DNA from: an uncultured Solibacteraceae bacterium | GTDB taxonomy: Bacteria > Acidobacteriota > Terriglobia > Bryobacterales > Bryobacteraceae | Direction of reading: 5' to 3' | DNA: 64,000 nt | Assembly (NCBI GenBank): GCA_964430625.1 | Contig: CAYSFR010000003.1 | Coordinates: 329,266-393,265 of the forward strand | Shown: positions 52,622 to 61,125 of the stretch, one piece after another | Numbering within the stretch: position 1 is the first letter of the stretch | Layout: the number at the start of each line of letters is the position of its first letter | The notes under the pieces: generated by a model | The model's database searches: none | What the model was told of the DNA's origin: nothing | Seen by the model: only the letters and a program-made list of their open reading frames with translations | Program-made: the position numbers and the translations under genes

Positions 52622-53889
52622 GAAGACTTTCCCGCCGCAGTCTGCTCCGTGGTGTCAGGGCGACGCTGGCGCTGCCCTGGCTGGAAGCCATGGGTGCGCC
52701 GGCGAAGCCGAACCGGCGGGCGGCGTTCATCTACATCCCGAATGGAGTCCTGCAGGAGGGGTGGCGACCGCGCCAGACAGGTGCCAACTATGTGCTGCCA
52801 CCGTCGCTGGAGCCGCTCGCCAAAGTCCGTGAAAAGGTGCTTGTCATCTCCGGTCTGGACCGGACTTATGTCAGCGGCACAGGTGTCCACGCCCAATGCG
52901 GCTCCTGCTGGCTGACCAGTTCGCCGCCGACGGAGGCTTTGGACGGAGGGTTTCCCACCAATGCAACACTTGATCAGGTGTTGGCGCGGCATATCGGGCA
53001 AGATACGCTCTTCCCGTCGCTCGAATTGAGCTGCAACGATCACACCGACAACAAGGAGACCCGCTATTTCGAGTCGATTTCGTGGATTGCGCCAGGCTAC
53101 GCCGCGAACCTCGAGCGCAATCCGCGCGCCGTCTATCAACGGCTGTTCGGCGATCCGAACGCGGATTCGGGTTACCGGAGCATGCTGGATGCGGTCAGGG
53201 AGAGCGGCCAGTCGTTACGCGCCAGACTCGGCAAGGACGACCAGGTCCGCATGGACGAGTACCTGGATTCCGTGCGGTCGATCGAGCGCCGGATCGAGAT
53301 GGCGGAGAGGGCAGCGGCGAAGAGAGGAACGCCACCGATTCCCGAACCGGAGGGGATTCCTGAGACCCGCGGCGGTTACATCCGGTTGATGTTCGATCTG
53401 ATGATCATCGCTTTCCAGCAGGACATTGCGCGGGTTGCGACCGTGGTGATAGATCCGGAACGTTGGGATTCGCCGCGCACCTATCATGGCCTCTTTGACA
53501 AACCTGAGGACCATCATCAACTGACCCATACGAAAGGGGATGAACCCAAGGCGAAGATCGCCAAGATCGACCGGTTTCACGTCGAGCAGTATGCTTACCT
53601 GGTGGAACGGATGGCGGCGATTCGGGAGGGGGAACGGACGCTGCTGGATGATTCCGGAATCGTGATGGGGAGCGGCCTGGGGAATGGCTCGATACACAGC
53701 TACAAGGATCTTCCCCTGATACTGGCAGGTTCAGCCGGCGGCCGGTTCCGGCTGGGAGAGCATGTGGCCTTCCCTGCCGGGACGCCGTTGGCAAACCTCT
53801 GGCTGACGATGCTGGATGTTTATGGCGGCAAACAGGTGCGGTTTGCCGATAGCTCGCGAACATTGGGGGAGATCTGTAGATCGGTTTGA
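52618..53889 (+). CDS. DUF1552-family protein (Tat signal), the usual partner of DUF1592 proteins
   Basis: MRRLSRRSLLRGVRATLALPWLEAM. ATGA overlap with the upstream gene. 423 aa. Confidence 0.85.
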   Translation: MRRLSRRSLLRGVRATLALPWLEAMGAPAKPNRRAAFIYIPNGVLQEGWRPRQTGANYVLPPSLEPLAKVREKVLVISGLDRTYVSGTGVHAQCGSCWLTSSPPTEALDGGFPTNATLDQVLARHIGQDTLFPSLELSCNDHTDNKETRYFESISWIAPGYAANLERNPRAVYQRLFGDPNADSGYRSMLDAVRESGQSLRARLGKDDQVRMDEYLDSVRSIERRIEMAERAAAKRGTPPIPEPEGIPETRGGYIRLMFDLMIIAFQQDIARVATVVIDPERWDSPRTYHGLFDKPEDHHQLTHTKGDEPKAKIAKIDRFHVEQYAYLVERMAAIREGERTLLDDSGIVMGSGLGNGSIHSYKDLPLILAGSAGGRFRLGEHVAFPAGTPLANLWLTMLDVYGGKQVRFADSSRTLGEICRSV

Positions 53890-53913
53890 CAGATGACCTG
53901 TGCTGGAGAGGGA

Positions 53914-53932
53914 CCGGCAGACGATCTGCCGG
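53914..53932. terminator. Hairpin between convergent genes, a candidate bidirectional terminator
   Basis: CCGGCAGA-cga-TCTGCCGG, a perfect 8-bp stem, lies between the DUF1552 stop (53889) and the S8 peptidase stop (54001). Confidence 0.35.
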
Positions 53933-54000
53933 CTGAGCGCGGCCAAAACGCACCGGCCGACTGTGAAAGTCCGGCGGTTGTGATGCCGTCGTTCCGCCCG

Positions 54001-55377
54001 CTAGAACTGCTTGGCCTTGGAGACGGCGCGGAAAACGTCGAGCCGGCCGGAGCCGAGATTTCCACTCGCCGGAGCCGCCTCCGAGAGCGCCGCGTCTGCC
54101 CATTCCCAGCCCAGGTTCGGTTTTGCCTGGAGCATCAATGCGACGGTGCCAGACACCAAGGGCGCACTGAAGGAGGTCCCCCAGGCCGCGGCGTAACGCC
54201 CGCCCGGATAGGGGGCGATAAGACCCTCGCCGGGGGCGGCAATCCGCACCAGATTGTCGCCGTGATTGGAGAAGAGACTGCGCTGGTCGAGAAGATTGGT
54301 CGAGCCAACTCCGATGGCTTCCTGGTAACCGGCCGGGAACATCATCACCTGCTGACCCGCGTTGCCCGCCGAGGCGACGCAGGTGACGCCGCGTGCGCTC
54401 ACCTCGGCGATCGCACGCTCTAACTCCGGGGAAGAAGCGGCAAACCCGAGGCTGAGATTGATCACCCTGGCTCCATGATCGGCTGCGTAGTAGATGGCGC
54501 GGACTACATTGAACCTGGTGGCTTTCCCATCAGCTCCGAATGGTTTGAGTGGCATGATCTTCGCGGTGGGGGCGACAAGGCGGATGAGGCCGGCCACCAT
54601 CGTTCCGTGGCCGAAACCGAGGGGAAGACGGGCCGGATCCAACAGGCTGACTGCGCCTTGATCGAGAATGGCTGTTGTAAACGGATTGATATCGAAAGCT
54701 GTGTCGAGAATGGCGGTGGTGAACGGATTGATCACCGCCCGAGTGGCCGGATCGAGGTCTTCGAGTTCCGACGGGAAGCCGGCGCGTTCGCGGATAAAAT
54801 CGTAGCCGGGAACGAGCCAGCGGGACAGGACCGGGTGTTTGGGGTCGATTCCGGTGTCGATGACGGCGACGATTCCGGCGCCGGTGGCCAGCCGTGCGTG
54901 GGTTTGGGGGACGCGAACATGAGCCAGCGCGGGTTGGCGGACAAAACTGGACCAGACGGTGTCGCCGAAGAATGAGGTGGTGGTCCGGTCGGTGAGCGCG
55001 TCCCAAGCCGGTTTTGCGCTTCCGATCAGCCGGTCGGTATTGTGGCCCGGCAGTTCGATGAGGGCATTGATTTCGATGAGGACGTCATCGTCATCGTCGT
55101 CGTCGGTGTCATGGTCGTTGTGGTCGTAGTTCCTGACGGCCGCCATAATTCGATCGGCCGGCACTCCTTCAGGGCCGCGAACCAGGAACAGGTCCTGGCC
55201 GGGAACCTGCTGCAACAGGGCCAATCCAAAGAAGCGGCTGATCTCCTCGGCGTATGGCTTCGGGGCGCGCATCAGGAACTGATCCGCGGTGGCGGCCGGC
55301 ATGGCCACCCCGACCAGGAAAAGGATCAAGATCTTTTCAATTTGCATCGTGGCTACACTCCAAACGTTTCGTTCCAT
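54001..55377 (-). CDS. Secreted S8 (subtilisin-family) serine peptidase
   Basis: Catalytic triad motifs VAVIDTGID, GHGTMVAG and GTSFSAPLVSG. Signal MQIEKILILFLVGVAMPAATA, with an alternative ATG at 55347. It has a poly-Asp tract and an internal 14-residue duplication. Confidence 0.85.
   Translation of the reverse strand: MERNVWSVATMQIEKILILFLVGVAMPAATADQFLMRAPKPYAEEISRFFGLALLQQVPGQDLFLVRGPEGVPADRIMAAVRNYDHNDHDTDDDDDDDVLIEINALIELPGHNTDRLIGSAKPAWDALTDRTTTSFFGDTVWSSFVRQPALAHVRVPQTHARLATGAGIVAVIDTGIDPKHPVLSRWLVPGYDFIRERAGFPSELEDLDPATRAVINPFTTAILDTAFDINPFTTAILDQGAVSLLDPARLPLGFGHGTMVAGLIRLVAPTAKIMPLKPFGADGKATRFNVVRAIYYAADHGARVINLSLGFAASSPELERAIAEVSARGVTCVASAGNAGQQVMMFPAGYQEAIGVGSTNLLDQRSLFSNHGDNLVRIAAPGEGLIAPYPGGRYAAAWGTSFSAPLVSGTVALMLQAKPNLGWEWADAALSEAAPASGNLGSGRLDVFRAVSKAKQF
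54662..54732 (-). repeat. In-frame 42-nt-period tandem duplication inside the S8 peptidase gene
   Basis: 29-nt units at 54662-54690 and 54704-54732 differ at 3 positions. All three differences are synonymous on the coding strand (TTT/TTC, ACA/ACC twice). Both units encode INPFTTAILD. Confidence 0.8.
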
Positions 55378-55385
55378 CGGCGAGG

Positions 55386-56042
55386 CTAACCGAGGCCGGG
55401 GCCTTCGCGGTCGAGCGGCGGTCCGAGCGGCTTGATTTCCGGGATGGGGATAAGCAATTGCATTCTGGTTTCCGGATCCAGGATGCTGAGATGGGCGTTT
55501 TCGGCAGGCTTGCCTTTCAGGACGAACTCCCCGAACTCGTTCGTGGTGCTGTTGGACACGACGCGTTGGCCGGCCATCAGTTTGACGGTCAATCCCTGTC
55601 TCCCCTCTTCGACATCGTGGTGAACCTGACCGGCAAGGACGATACCGGTGCTTTTGGGCGCAAACTCAATCGAGAGTTCCACTCGGATGTCTGCTGAACG
55701 GAAGCTAAGTTGGCGGGCGGCACCATGGGCGCTGCGGACGCCGGGCAGGCCTGGTTCCGCCCAGCTATCGAAAATCTGGCGGGCTACGGCGAGGAGATTT
55801 CCAACTGACGCCGGTTCCGGGGCGGAATAAGGGAAGACCGAATAAGCACGAAAAAGCACGTGGCGCGGTACAGGAAAGCTGGATGCCTGGCGCACGGTAC
55901 CAGCGACTTTTTCCAGGCGGCGGACGAGGCCGCCACAGTCCGCGCAGCCGTCATCGAGGTGAGCCTGCAGCGTCCGCCGGCCAGGCTCGTCGCCCAAGCC
56001 GCGGATGAAATCGACCCATTCCTGGATGCTGAAGTGTTCCAT
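55386..56042 (-). CDS. Soluble anti-sigma-factor-like protein: zf-HC2-like N-terminus plus carboxypeptidase-regulatory-like beta-sandwich
   Basis: MEHFSIQEWVDFIRG...AHLDDGCADCGGLVRRL has H-x4-C-x2-C, whereas the canonical zf-HC2 is H-x3-C-x2-C. No TM helix is seen. The C-terminus VLAGQVHH...GLTVKLMAGQRVVSNSTTNEFGEFVL is CarboxypepD_reg-like. The ATG at 56042 leaves a 13-nt gap after the CHAT gene. Confidence 0.5.
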   Translation of the reverse strand: MEHFSIQEWVDFIRGLGDEPGRRTLQAHLDDGCADCGGLVRRLEKVAGTVRQASSFPVPRHVLFRAYSVFPYSAPEPASVGNLLAVARQIFDSWAEPGLPGVRSAHGAARQLSFRSADIRVELSIEFAPKSTGIVLAGQVHHDVEEGRQGLTVKLMAGQRVVSNSTTNEFGEFVLKGKPAENAHLSILDPETRMQLLIPIPEIKPLGPPLDREGPGLG

Positions 56043-56055
56043 AGTCCCGTTTCCG

Positions 56056-58833
56056 TTAAGTAGAGAGAGCGGTCTGGTCGCTGGTTTGATATACCTGCGC
56101 CATCTTTTTTTCACGGACTGGTGCGCCGGTCAGAATAAATGGGGCCCAGTAGTAAGGATGCGGATAGCGGCTGCGCAATTCAATCATTGCGGATTGGAGG
56201 GCGACAGCCGGGTCGGCCCCGGCACGGACGGCCGAATAGAACGCCTGCATGTAAGCGGTGGTGCTTTCGTCGTTGATGGCCCACAAGGTTACTTGGGCGG
56301 AACGTGCGCCGGCGAGCAGGACTCCACGGGTGAGCCCAAGGATTTCGTCGGCGCCGGCGGACTCCTGGACTCCGGTGGCACAGCCGCTGAGGGTGATGAG
56401 TTCGGTGTCGAGCGTAAGGTCGCGCAAATCGAAGAGACAGAGTCGTCCATCGCCGAGACGGAGGGAAGAAAAAGCCGGGTTGTCGGCGCGGAAAACACCG
56501 TGCGAAGCGATGTGAATGAAGCGGCTGCCGCGGCAGCGGCGCAAATGTTCCAGAGAAGCATCCCGACCGAGAAAGAGCTCAGCTCCCGGCAAGGCCCGGG
56601 CGACGGATTCGGCTTCGAGCGCGATGGAGGGACAGCGCGGGTCGGGCACGGCGAACACGGAATAGCGTTCGACGGACGAATTGAAGGACTTGGCCAGGCA
56701 GGCGAGCCATACGCTGGCACTAGGCGCGTAGGAGACGGTACGTTGGTCAATCAGGTAGCGCCCTTGGGACAAAAGGGCATGGAACGGAATCCGATGGAGG
56801 TCCTCATGGGGCGCGATGGTCCAGTGTCCGGCTGGGAGCAGGGGCTCGGCGGGGGCGATGAGGAGGCGGTAGATGCGTTCCAGATGGCTACGGGTCGCCG
56901 GGAGCCAGGTACGCTCGGCGGAGTTGGCCCAGGGAAGGGCGCCGCGGGAGAGTTGGAACCGTAGGAGGTGCCAGACATCCTGAAGTTCGGAGGCGCGGCC
57001 GAGGGGGAAGGACTCGATTTTGTTTCGGGTTGCGACGAACAGCAACAGGGTGTCGCGGATACGGAAATACTGGAGAAAGGCTTCGCCGGGGCCGAGGGCA
57101 GCCTGCGTTTGCGCGAGGGCCGAGGCGGCGACGTCGATGGGGTCGGCGACGCGAGCGGGGGCGCCGGCACGAGCTAGGGAGAGTGCCTGTTCGCACTCCA
57201 GGGCCTGGCGGCGCAGGCGGTCTAAGGAGGAGGCCAAGAGTGGCTCAGGTCTGGATTCGAGCGTATCCAAGCGCCGGTAAAGGCGGCGCAGTTGCAAGTG
57301 GAGTTCCTTTGTTTGGCCCGGTTCGGTGGCGATGAGCCCGTCCGGGCGAGTGAGAGAATCGGCGAGACTCCTTGACTTGCCGTACTCGACAAAGCGGAAC
57401 GCGCCGGCAAAATCGGCCCGCTCGACGAGGATAGCGACGAGGCCTTCGTAGATGGCCCGTTTGTCCTGAAGAAAAGAGAGTTGAAGTTCGTCGCGCACCA
57501 GGCGCTGCCGGAGGCTGTCGGCGAGGGTGTGAGCGCGTTGGAAGGAGTCAAAGGCAGCCTGGGAATCGCCCAGAGCGGCGGCGGATTCGGCGATTATCAT
57601 CTCCGCGCTCAGTTGGAGATGCGGAGCGCTGGCCGAGCCGAGTCCGGCATTGGCTTGGTGTGCCAAGGCACGGGCTGCCTGTGGTTCGCCCTGGCGGAGG
57701 TGGAGGCGGGCGCAGACGATCAGCGCCAGGAGTGCCTTACCGGTGAAGGCGGAGGCGCCGAGTTCGACGCGGGCTCGGGTGGCGAGGGCAACCGCGGCTT
57801 TGCTTCTGCCCGCCCCTTCCATGGCGAGGGCCCGGGACAGGTCTGTGATGGCGACCCAGACTTTGTTCTGGTCCCGCAGGAAGAGCTTGCGTACTCTCCC
57901 GAAGGCCTTCAGGCTGATTCCAACGTTTCCGAGGTGGAGGTGCGCGATTCCGAGATTGAGCAGAGAACGGGCCTTCTCGCTGCGCATGCGCAGCCGGGCG
58001 AAACCATCCATGGCTTCGGCTGCCAGATGGGCCGCTTCTTGAAAGAGATTAAGTTCCAGAAAGAGGTCGGACTGGTCGAGGAGGGAGATAGCCGCCTTGT
58101 GTGGGTTTTCGGCCTTCCGGGATGTTGAGACGCGGTAGAGGTGGATGGCGCGGGTGTAGTTGCCCTCGAGGAAATTCAGGTAAGCGACATTGATGTCGAC
58201 CTCGTTTTCAAGAACGGGCAGGTTGAGGCGGGAGAAGATTTCGCGTGCCTGCTGAAAGCAACTCAGGGCGCGATCGAGTTGCATGGTGCCGATCATGGCG
58301 ACGGCCATGTTTCGGAGAGCGATGGCGGCGGAGGATTCGTCGCCCTGCTCCCGGAGTGCCGTTAGCGCCCTGGTATAGGCATCCACGGCCTCGGCGTGGC
58401 GATCCTGGCGGTGCAGGATGTTGCCGATGTTGGCGTCGAGCCGAGCCAGTCGCAAAAGGTCGGTCTGTTGTTCAAACGTTCGGCGGGCTGTGGCGGCCCA
58501 GTCCAGCGCCTCCTCGTAGCGTCCCAAATAGATGAGGCTTTGCACGGCGCTGCTTCGCGTTCGGGCCGCTGTGGAGTGGTCGCCGAGATCCTCGAGAATC
58601 CGAATGGCCCGTTCATAGGTACGGCAGGCGCGGCGATAACGGGCGCTGGAGTACTCGAAATGGGCTTTCATCCGCAGCGCCTCGGCGATGGCGAGGCCAT
58701 CATTGATTTCCCGGGCCATCTGGTAGGCGCGGACGGCCAGCCGGGTTCCGGCGACGAGGTCCTTGCCGAGTTCGCGTTGCGCTAGGCCGCAGAGCCGAAA
58801 CACCTCCTCCTTGGAAGGGGCGGCCGGGTTCAT
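56056..58833 (-). CDS. TPR-repeat plus CHAT-domain (caspase-fold) protease
   Basis: 925 aa from the ATG at 58833. The N-terminal ~450 aa are TPR-like helical repeats. The C-terminal CHAT domain has a His-Cys dyad context: FIHIASHGVF... and LITLSGCATG. Confidence 0.85.
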   Translation of the reverse strand: MNPAAPSKEEVFRLCGLAQRELGKDLVAGTRLAVRAYQMAREINDGLAIAEALRMKAHFEYSSARYRRACRTYERAIRILEDLGDHSTAARTRSSAVQSLIYLGRYEEALDWAATARRTFEQQTDLLRLARLDANIGNILHRQDRHAEAVDAYTRALTALREQGDESSAAIALRNMAVAMIGTMQLDRALSCFQQAREIFSRLNLPVLENEVDINVAYLNFLEGNYTRAIHLYRVSTSRKAENPHKAAISLLDQSDLFLELNLFQEAAHLAAEAMDGFARLRMRSEKARSLLNLGIAHLHLGNVGISLKAFGRVRKLFLRDQNKVWVAITDLSRALAMEGAGRSKAAVALATRARVELGASAFTGKALLALIVCARLHLRQGEPQAARALAHQANAGLGSASAPHLQLSAEMIIAESAAALGDSQAAFDSFQRAHTLADSLRQRLVRDELQLSFLQDKRAIYEGLVAILVERADFAGAFRFVEYGKSRSLADSLTRPDGLIATEPGQTKELHLQLRRLYRRLDTLESRPEPLLASSLDRLRRQALECEQALSLARAGAPARVADPIDVAASALAQTQAALGPGEAFLQYFRIRDTLLLFVATRNKIESFPLGRASELQDVWHLLRFQLSRGALPWANSAERTWLPATRSHLERIYRLLIAPAEPLLPAGHWTIAPHEDLHRIPFHALLSQGRYLIDQRTVSYAPSASVWLACLAKSFNSSVERYSVFAVPDPRCPSIALEAESVARALPGAELFLGRDASLEHLRRCRGSRFIHIASHGVFRADNPAFSSLRLGDGRLCLFDLRDLTLDTELITLSGCATGVQESAGADEILGLTRGVLLAGARSAQVTLWAINDESTTAYMQAFYSAVRAGADPAVALQSAMIELRSRYPHPYYWAPFILTGAPVREKKMAQVYQTSDQTALST

Positions 58834-59423
58834 ATTCCCGCCGCCTTCAGCAACTGCTCCAGTTGCCGCAGGCAGCGTCCGCGGATGAATCCGATCGAAC
58901 CGACCGCCAGGCCGAGTGCTTTCGCCACCTCCTGATAGGCGCGCGGCGGGTCTTCGTAGAACAGCATCTCCACCATCTCCCGGCAACGGGCCGGGATCCG
59001 GTAGAGGAGTTCGCGGATGAGCTGTTGCTGCTCCGACTCTGCGAGCCAGTCAGGGGCCGAGCCCGATGGGTCCGCGATGTCCGGCAATTCGTCCCGGTCC
59101 ATTTGGGAGAGACCCTTCTTCCTGCGGTAGCTCTCATTGGCAGCAACGCGGGCCAGCCAACCTCGAATCGCCCCGGCATCGCGCAGCGTCTCGAGGTGCT
59201 GGTAGAGAAGAATGCAGACATCCTGGAAGACATCTTCGGCATCTTCCTGGTTTAGCCGGTAGCGAAGGGGAACGGAAAAGATGAGGCCTTTGTACTTATC
59301 GATGAGCGCATTCCAGCCTGCGGGCTGTCCGGCCAGGCAGGCGGCGATGAGTTCGTGATCCTCCCAGCCAGGGTGGGGCGTTGAGGAAGGCAGCAGTTTA
59401 TTCTTGAGGACGGTCAGAGGCAC
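58830..59423 (-). CDS. ECF-type RNA polymerase sigma-70 family factor
   Basis: 197 aa. Region 2: DAEDVFQDVCILLYQHL...WLARVAANESYRRKK. Region 4: YQEVAKALGLAVGSIGFIRGRCLRQL. Its TGA overlaps the ATG of the CHAT gene (ATGA at 58830-58833). Confidence 0.85.
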   Translation of the reverse strand: MPLTVLKNKLLPSSTPHPGWEDHELIAACLAGQPAGWNALIDKYKGLIFSVPLRYRLNQEDAEDVFQDVCILLYQHLETLRDAGAIRGWLARVAANESYRRKKGLSQMDRDELPDIADPSGSAPDWLAESEQQQLIRELLYRIPARCREMVEMLFYEDPPRAYQEVAKALGLAVGSIGFIRGRCLRQLEQLLKAAGI

Positions 59424-61125
59424 GGGTATCTTTTCCAGTCCAATACAGTGAATCAGCGTTGCTGAGGGCGGGGTGTCCGCCCGCGGTGCGTACGATGCCT
59501 GCCAGTCCGCGGGGAGCAGCCAGAAGAATGTTCGGGCTTGCGAGGGTGATGAAAGGCAACTGGCCGGCGAGAATCTGCTGGACCTGACGGAAGAGGACCA
59601 CGCGCCTCTCCGTATCGGTCGCCTTCAGTTGGCGTTGGAGCAAATCGTCGACTTCGCGCTCCCAGGGCAGAGCGGGACCTCCCAGGTTCCATAGATGCGC
59701 TTTTCCGGACGAAAGGAGTACATTTATATCGGCGGCGGGGTCGGCCTCTCCCGGGCGGAGGGCCATGACCGCGAGGTCGTAGTCTCTTTTGGATGTCACC
59801 CGATCGATCAGGCTTCGAAATTCTAACGCTACCGTCCTGGCGCCGATTCCAAGAGCCTGCAGATCCTGCTGAATGATGGCCGCGGTCTGGGTGTAGGCGG
59901 AGTTGCTGGAACTGGCGGCGATGGTGAACTCGACCTTCGCACCGGACGGATCGATCAAGTGTCCGGCCCCATCCCAGCGAAAGCCCGCGTTGCGCAGGAG
60001 GAGGCGGGCGGCGTCCGGGGAGCGGGAAGGACGGGGGAGGGAAGGGTGAAACCAGGCGGCTCTGGCCGGCGTGACATGGCCCCAGAGGGAGGTGGCATGC
60101 CCCCGGTAGACGAGGCGAACGATGGCCTCGCGGTCCACGGCGAGGGAAATGGCCTGGCGGAACGAGGGATCGGAAAACCATGCCATCCGCTGTTTCAATG
60201 GGGGCTGGACCCGGACGCCTTGATTGAGGTTGAAAAGGAGAAAGGTATAGTCGAGGCTCGGACCAAGATCCTGGGGGGCCAGGTGCGCGGCGCTTCCTGA
60301 CCTCTTCAACGCGTCAAAGGATCCACTGCCCAACCCGGCCAGCAGATCGATCTCCCGCGCCAGCAGCCTGGCCAGCAGGGATTCCTCTGAGGGTGCGAAG
60401 ACGAACTCCACCTCATTGAGGTAGGGCAGTTGGCGCCCAGATTTGTCGCGCCGCCAGTAGTGGGGATTGCGTGCCAGAACGAGCCGTTGGCCCGGTTCGC
60501 CGCGAGAGATCCGAAAAGGTCCGGCACCGGTAAGTTCAGCGGCGGGAGTGTTGTTGCCCCAAACCTGGCGGAGCTTTCCCTGGCGGAAATGCTCTTCCAG
60601 ACGATGGCGGGGCAGGATGGGGATCGCCTCCAGCATCCGTTCGCCCAAGGCGGTGGGGAACGGCAGGTCGACGGCGATCGATCGAGCGTCGACTTTTCGC
60701 AGGCGGACGGTCTTGCTATTCAGGACGAGGACATCCCGCTGCGGGGCGGCGGTCTTCTCGTCCTGAAAGACATCGAAGGAAAAGACGACGTCCTCGACGG
60801 TGAGCGGAGCGCCGTCGGAGAATCGCAGGTCCGGCTTGAGGCGGACCAAAATCTGGCGCGCGTCCCGGGAGAGCTTCCAGGACTCGGCCAATGCCGGCTC
60901 GACGCGTCGGGAGACAGGGTCCGTCCGGATCAGGGTCGAATGGAGCAGGCTGTTGATGATCCGCGTGGGCTCGTCGATTTCCAGAACGGGATTGAAAGAG
61001 CGGGGTTCGCCCCGCTGACCGACGACAAGTCTCCCGCCGCGCAAATCCTGCGCCCCGGCCAGGTTCGCCAGCAGCATCGCCGCGGCCAGGGCCAGGAGGC
61101 CCACCGGCGCGTTACCCATTTTCAA
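59398..61125 (-). CDS. ABC transporter substrate-binding protein, family 5 (peptide/nickel/opine type)
   Basis: 575 aa with a signal peptide. Motif: LVVGQRGEPRSFNPVLEIDEPTRIINSLLHSTLIRTD. Confidence 0.85.
   Translation of the reverse strand: MKMGNAPVGLLALAAAMLLANLAGAQDLRGGRLVVGQRGEPRSFNPVLEIDEPTRIINSLLHSTLIRTDPVSRRVEPALAESWKLSRDARQILVRLKPDLRFSDGAPLTVEDVVFSFDVFQDEKTAAPQRDVLVLNSKTVRLRKVDARSIAVDLPFPTALGERMLEAIPILPRHRLEEHFRQGKLRQVWGNNTPAAELTGAGPFRISRGEPGQRLVLARNPHYWRRDKSGRQLPYLNEVEFVFAPSEESLLARLLAREIDLLAGLGSGSFDALKRSGSAAHLAPQDLGPSLDYTFLLFNLNQGVRVQPPLKQRMAWFSDPSFRQAISLAVDREAIVRLVYRGHATSLWGHVTPARAAWFHPSLPRPSRSPDAARLLLRNAGFRWDGAGHLIDPSGAKVEFTIAASSSNSAYTQTAAIIQQDLQALGIGARTVALEFRSLIDRVTSKRDYDLAVMALRPGEADPAADINVLLSSGKAHLWNLGGPALPWEREVDDLLQRQLKATDTERRVVLFRQVQQILAGQLPFITLASPNILLAAPRGLAGIVRTAGGHPALSNADSLYWTGKDTRASDRPQE

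Noticed and set aside
56043-56114. Longer version of the anti-sigma-like ORF starting at 56114 (MKKRWRRYIK...)
   Set aside because: It would overlap the CHAT gene 3' end by 59 nt. The ATG at 56042 gives the MEHFSIQEW... start typical of zf-HC2 proteins and a 13-nt intergenic gap.
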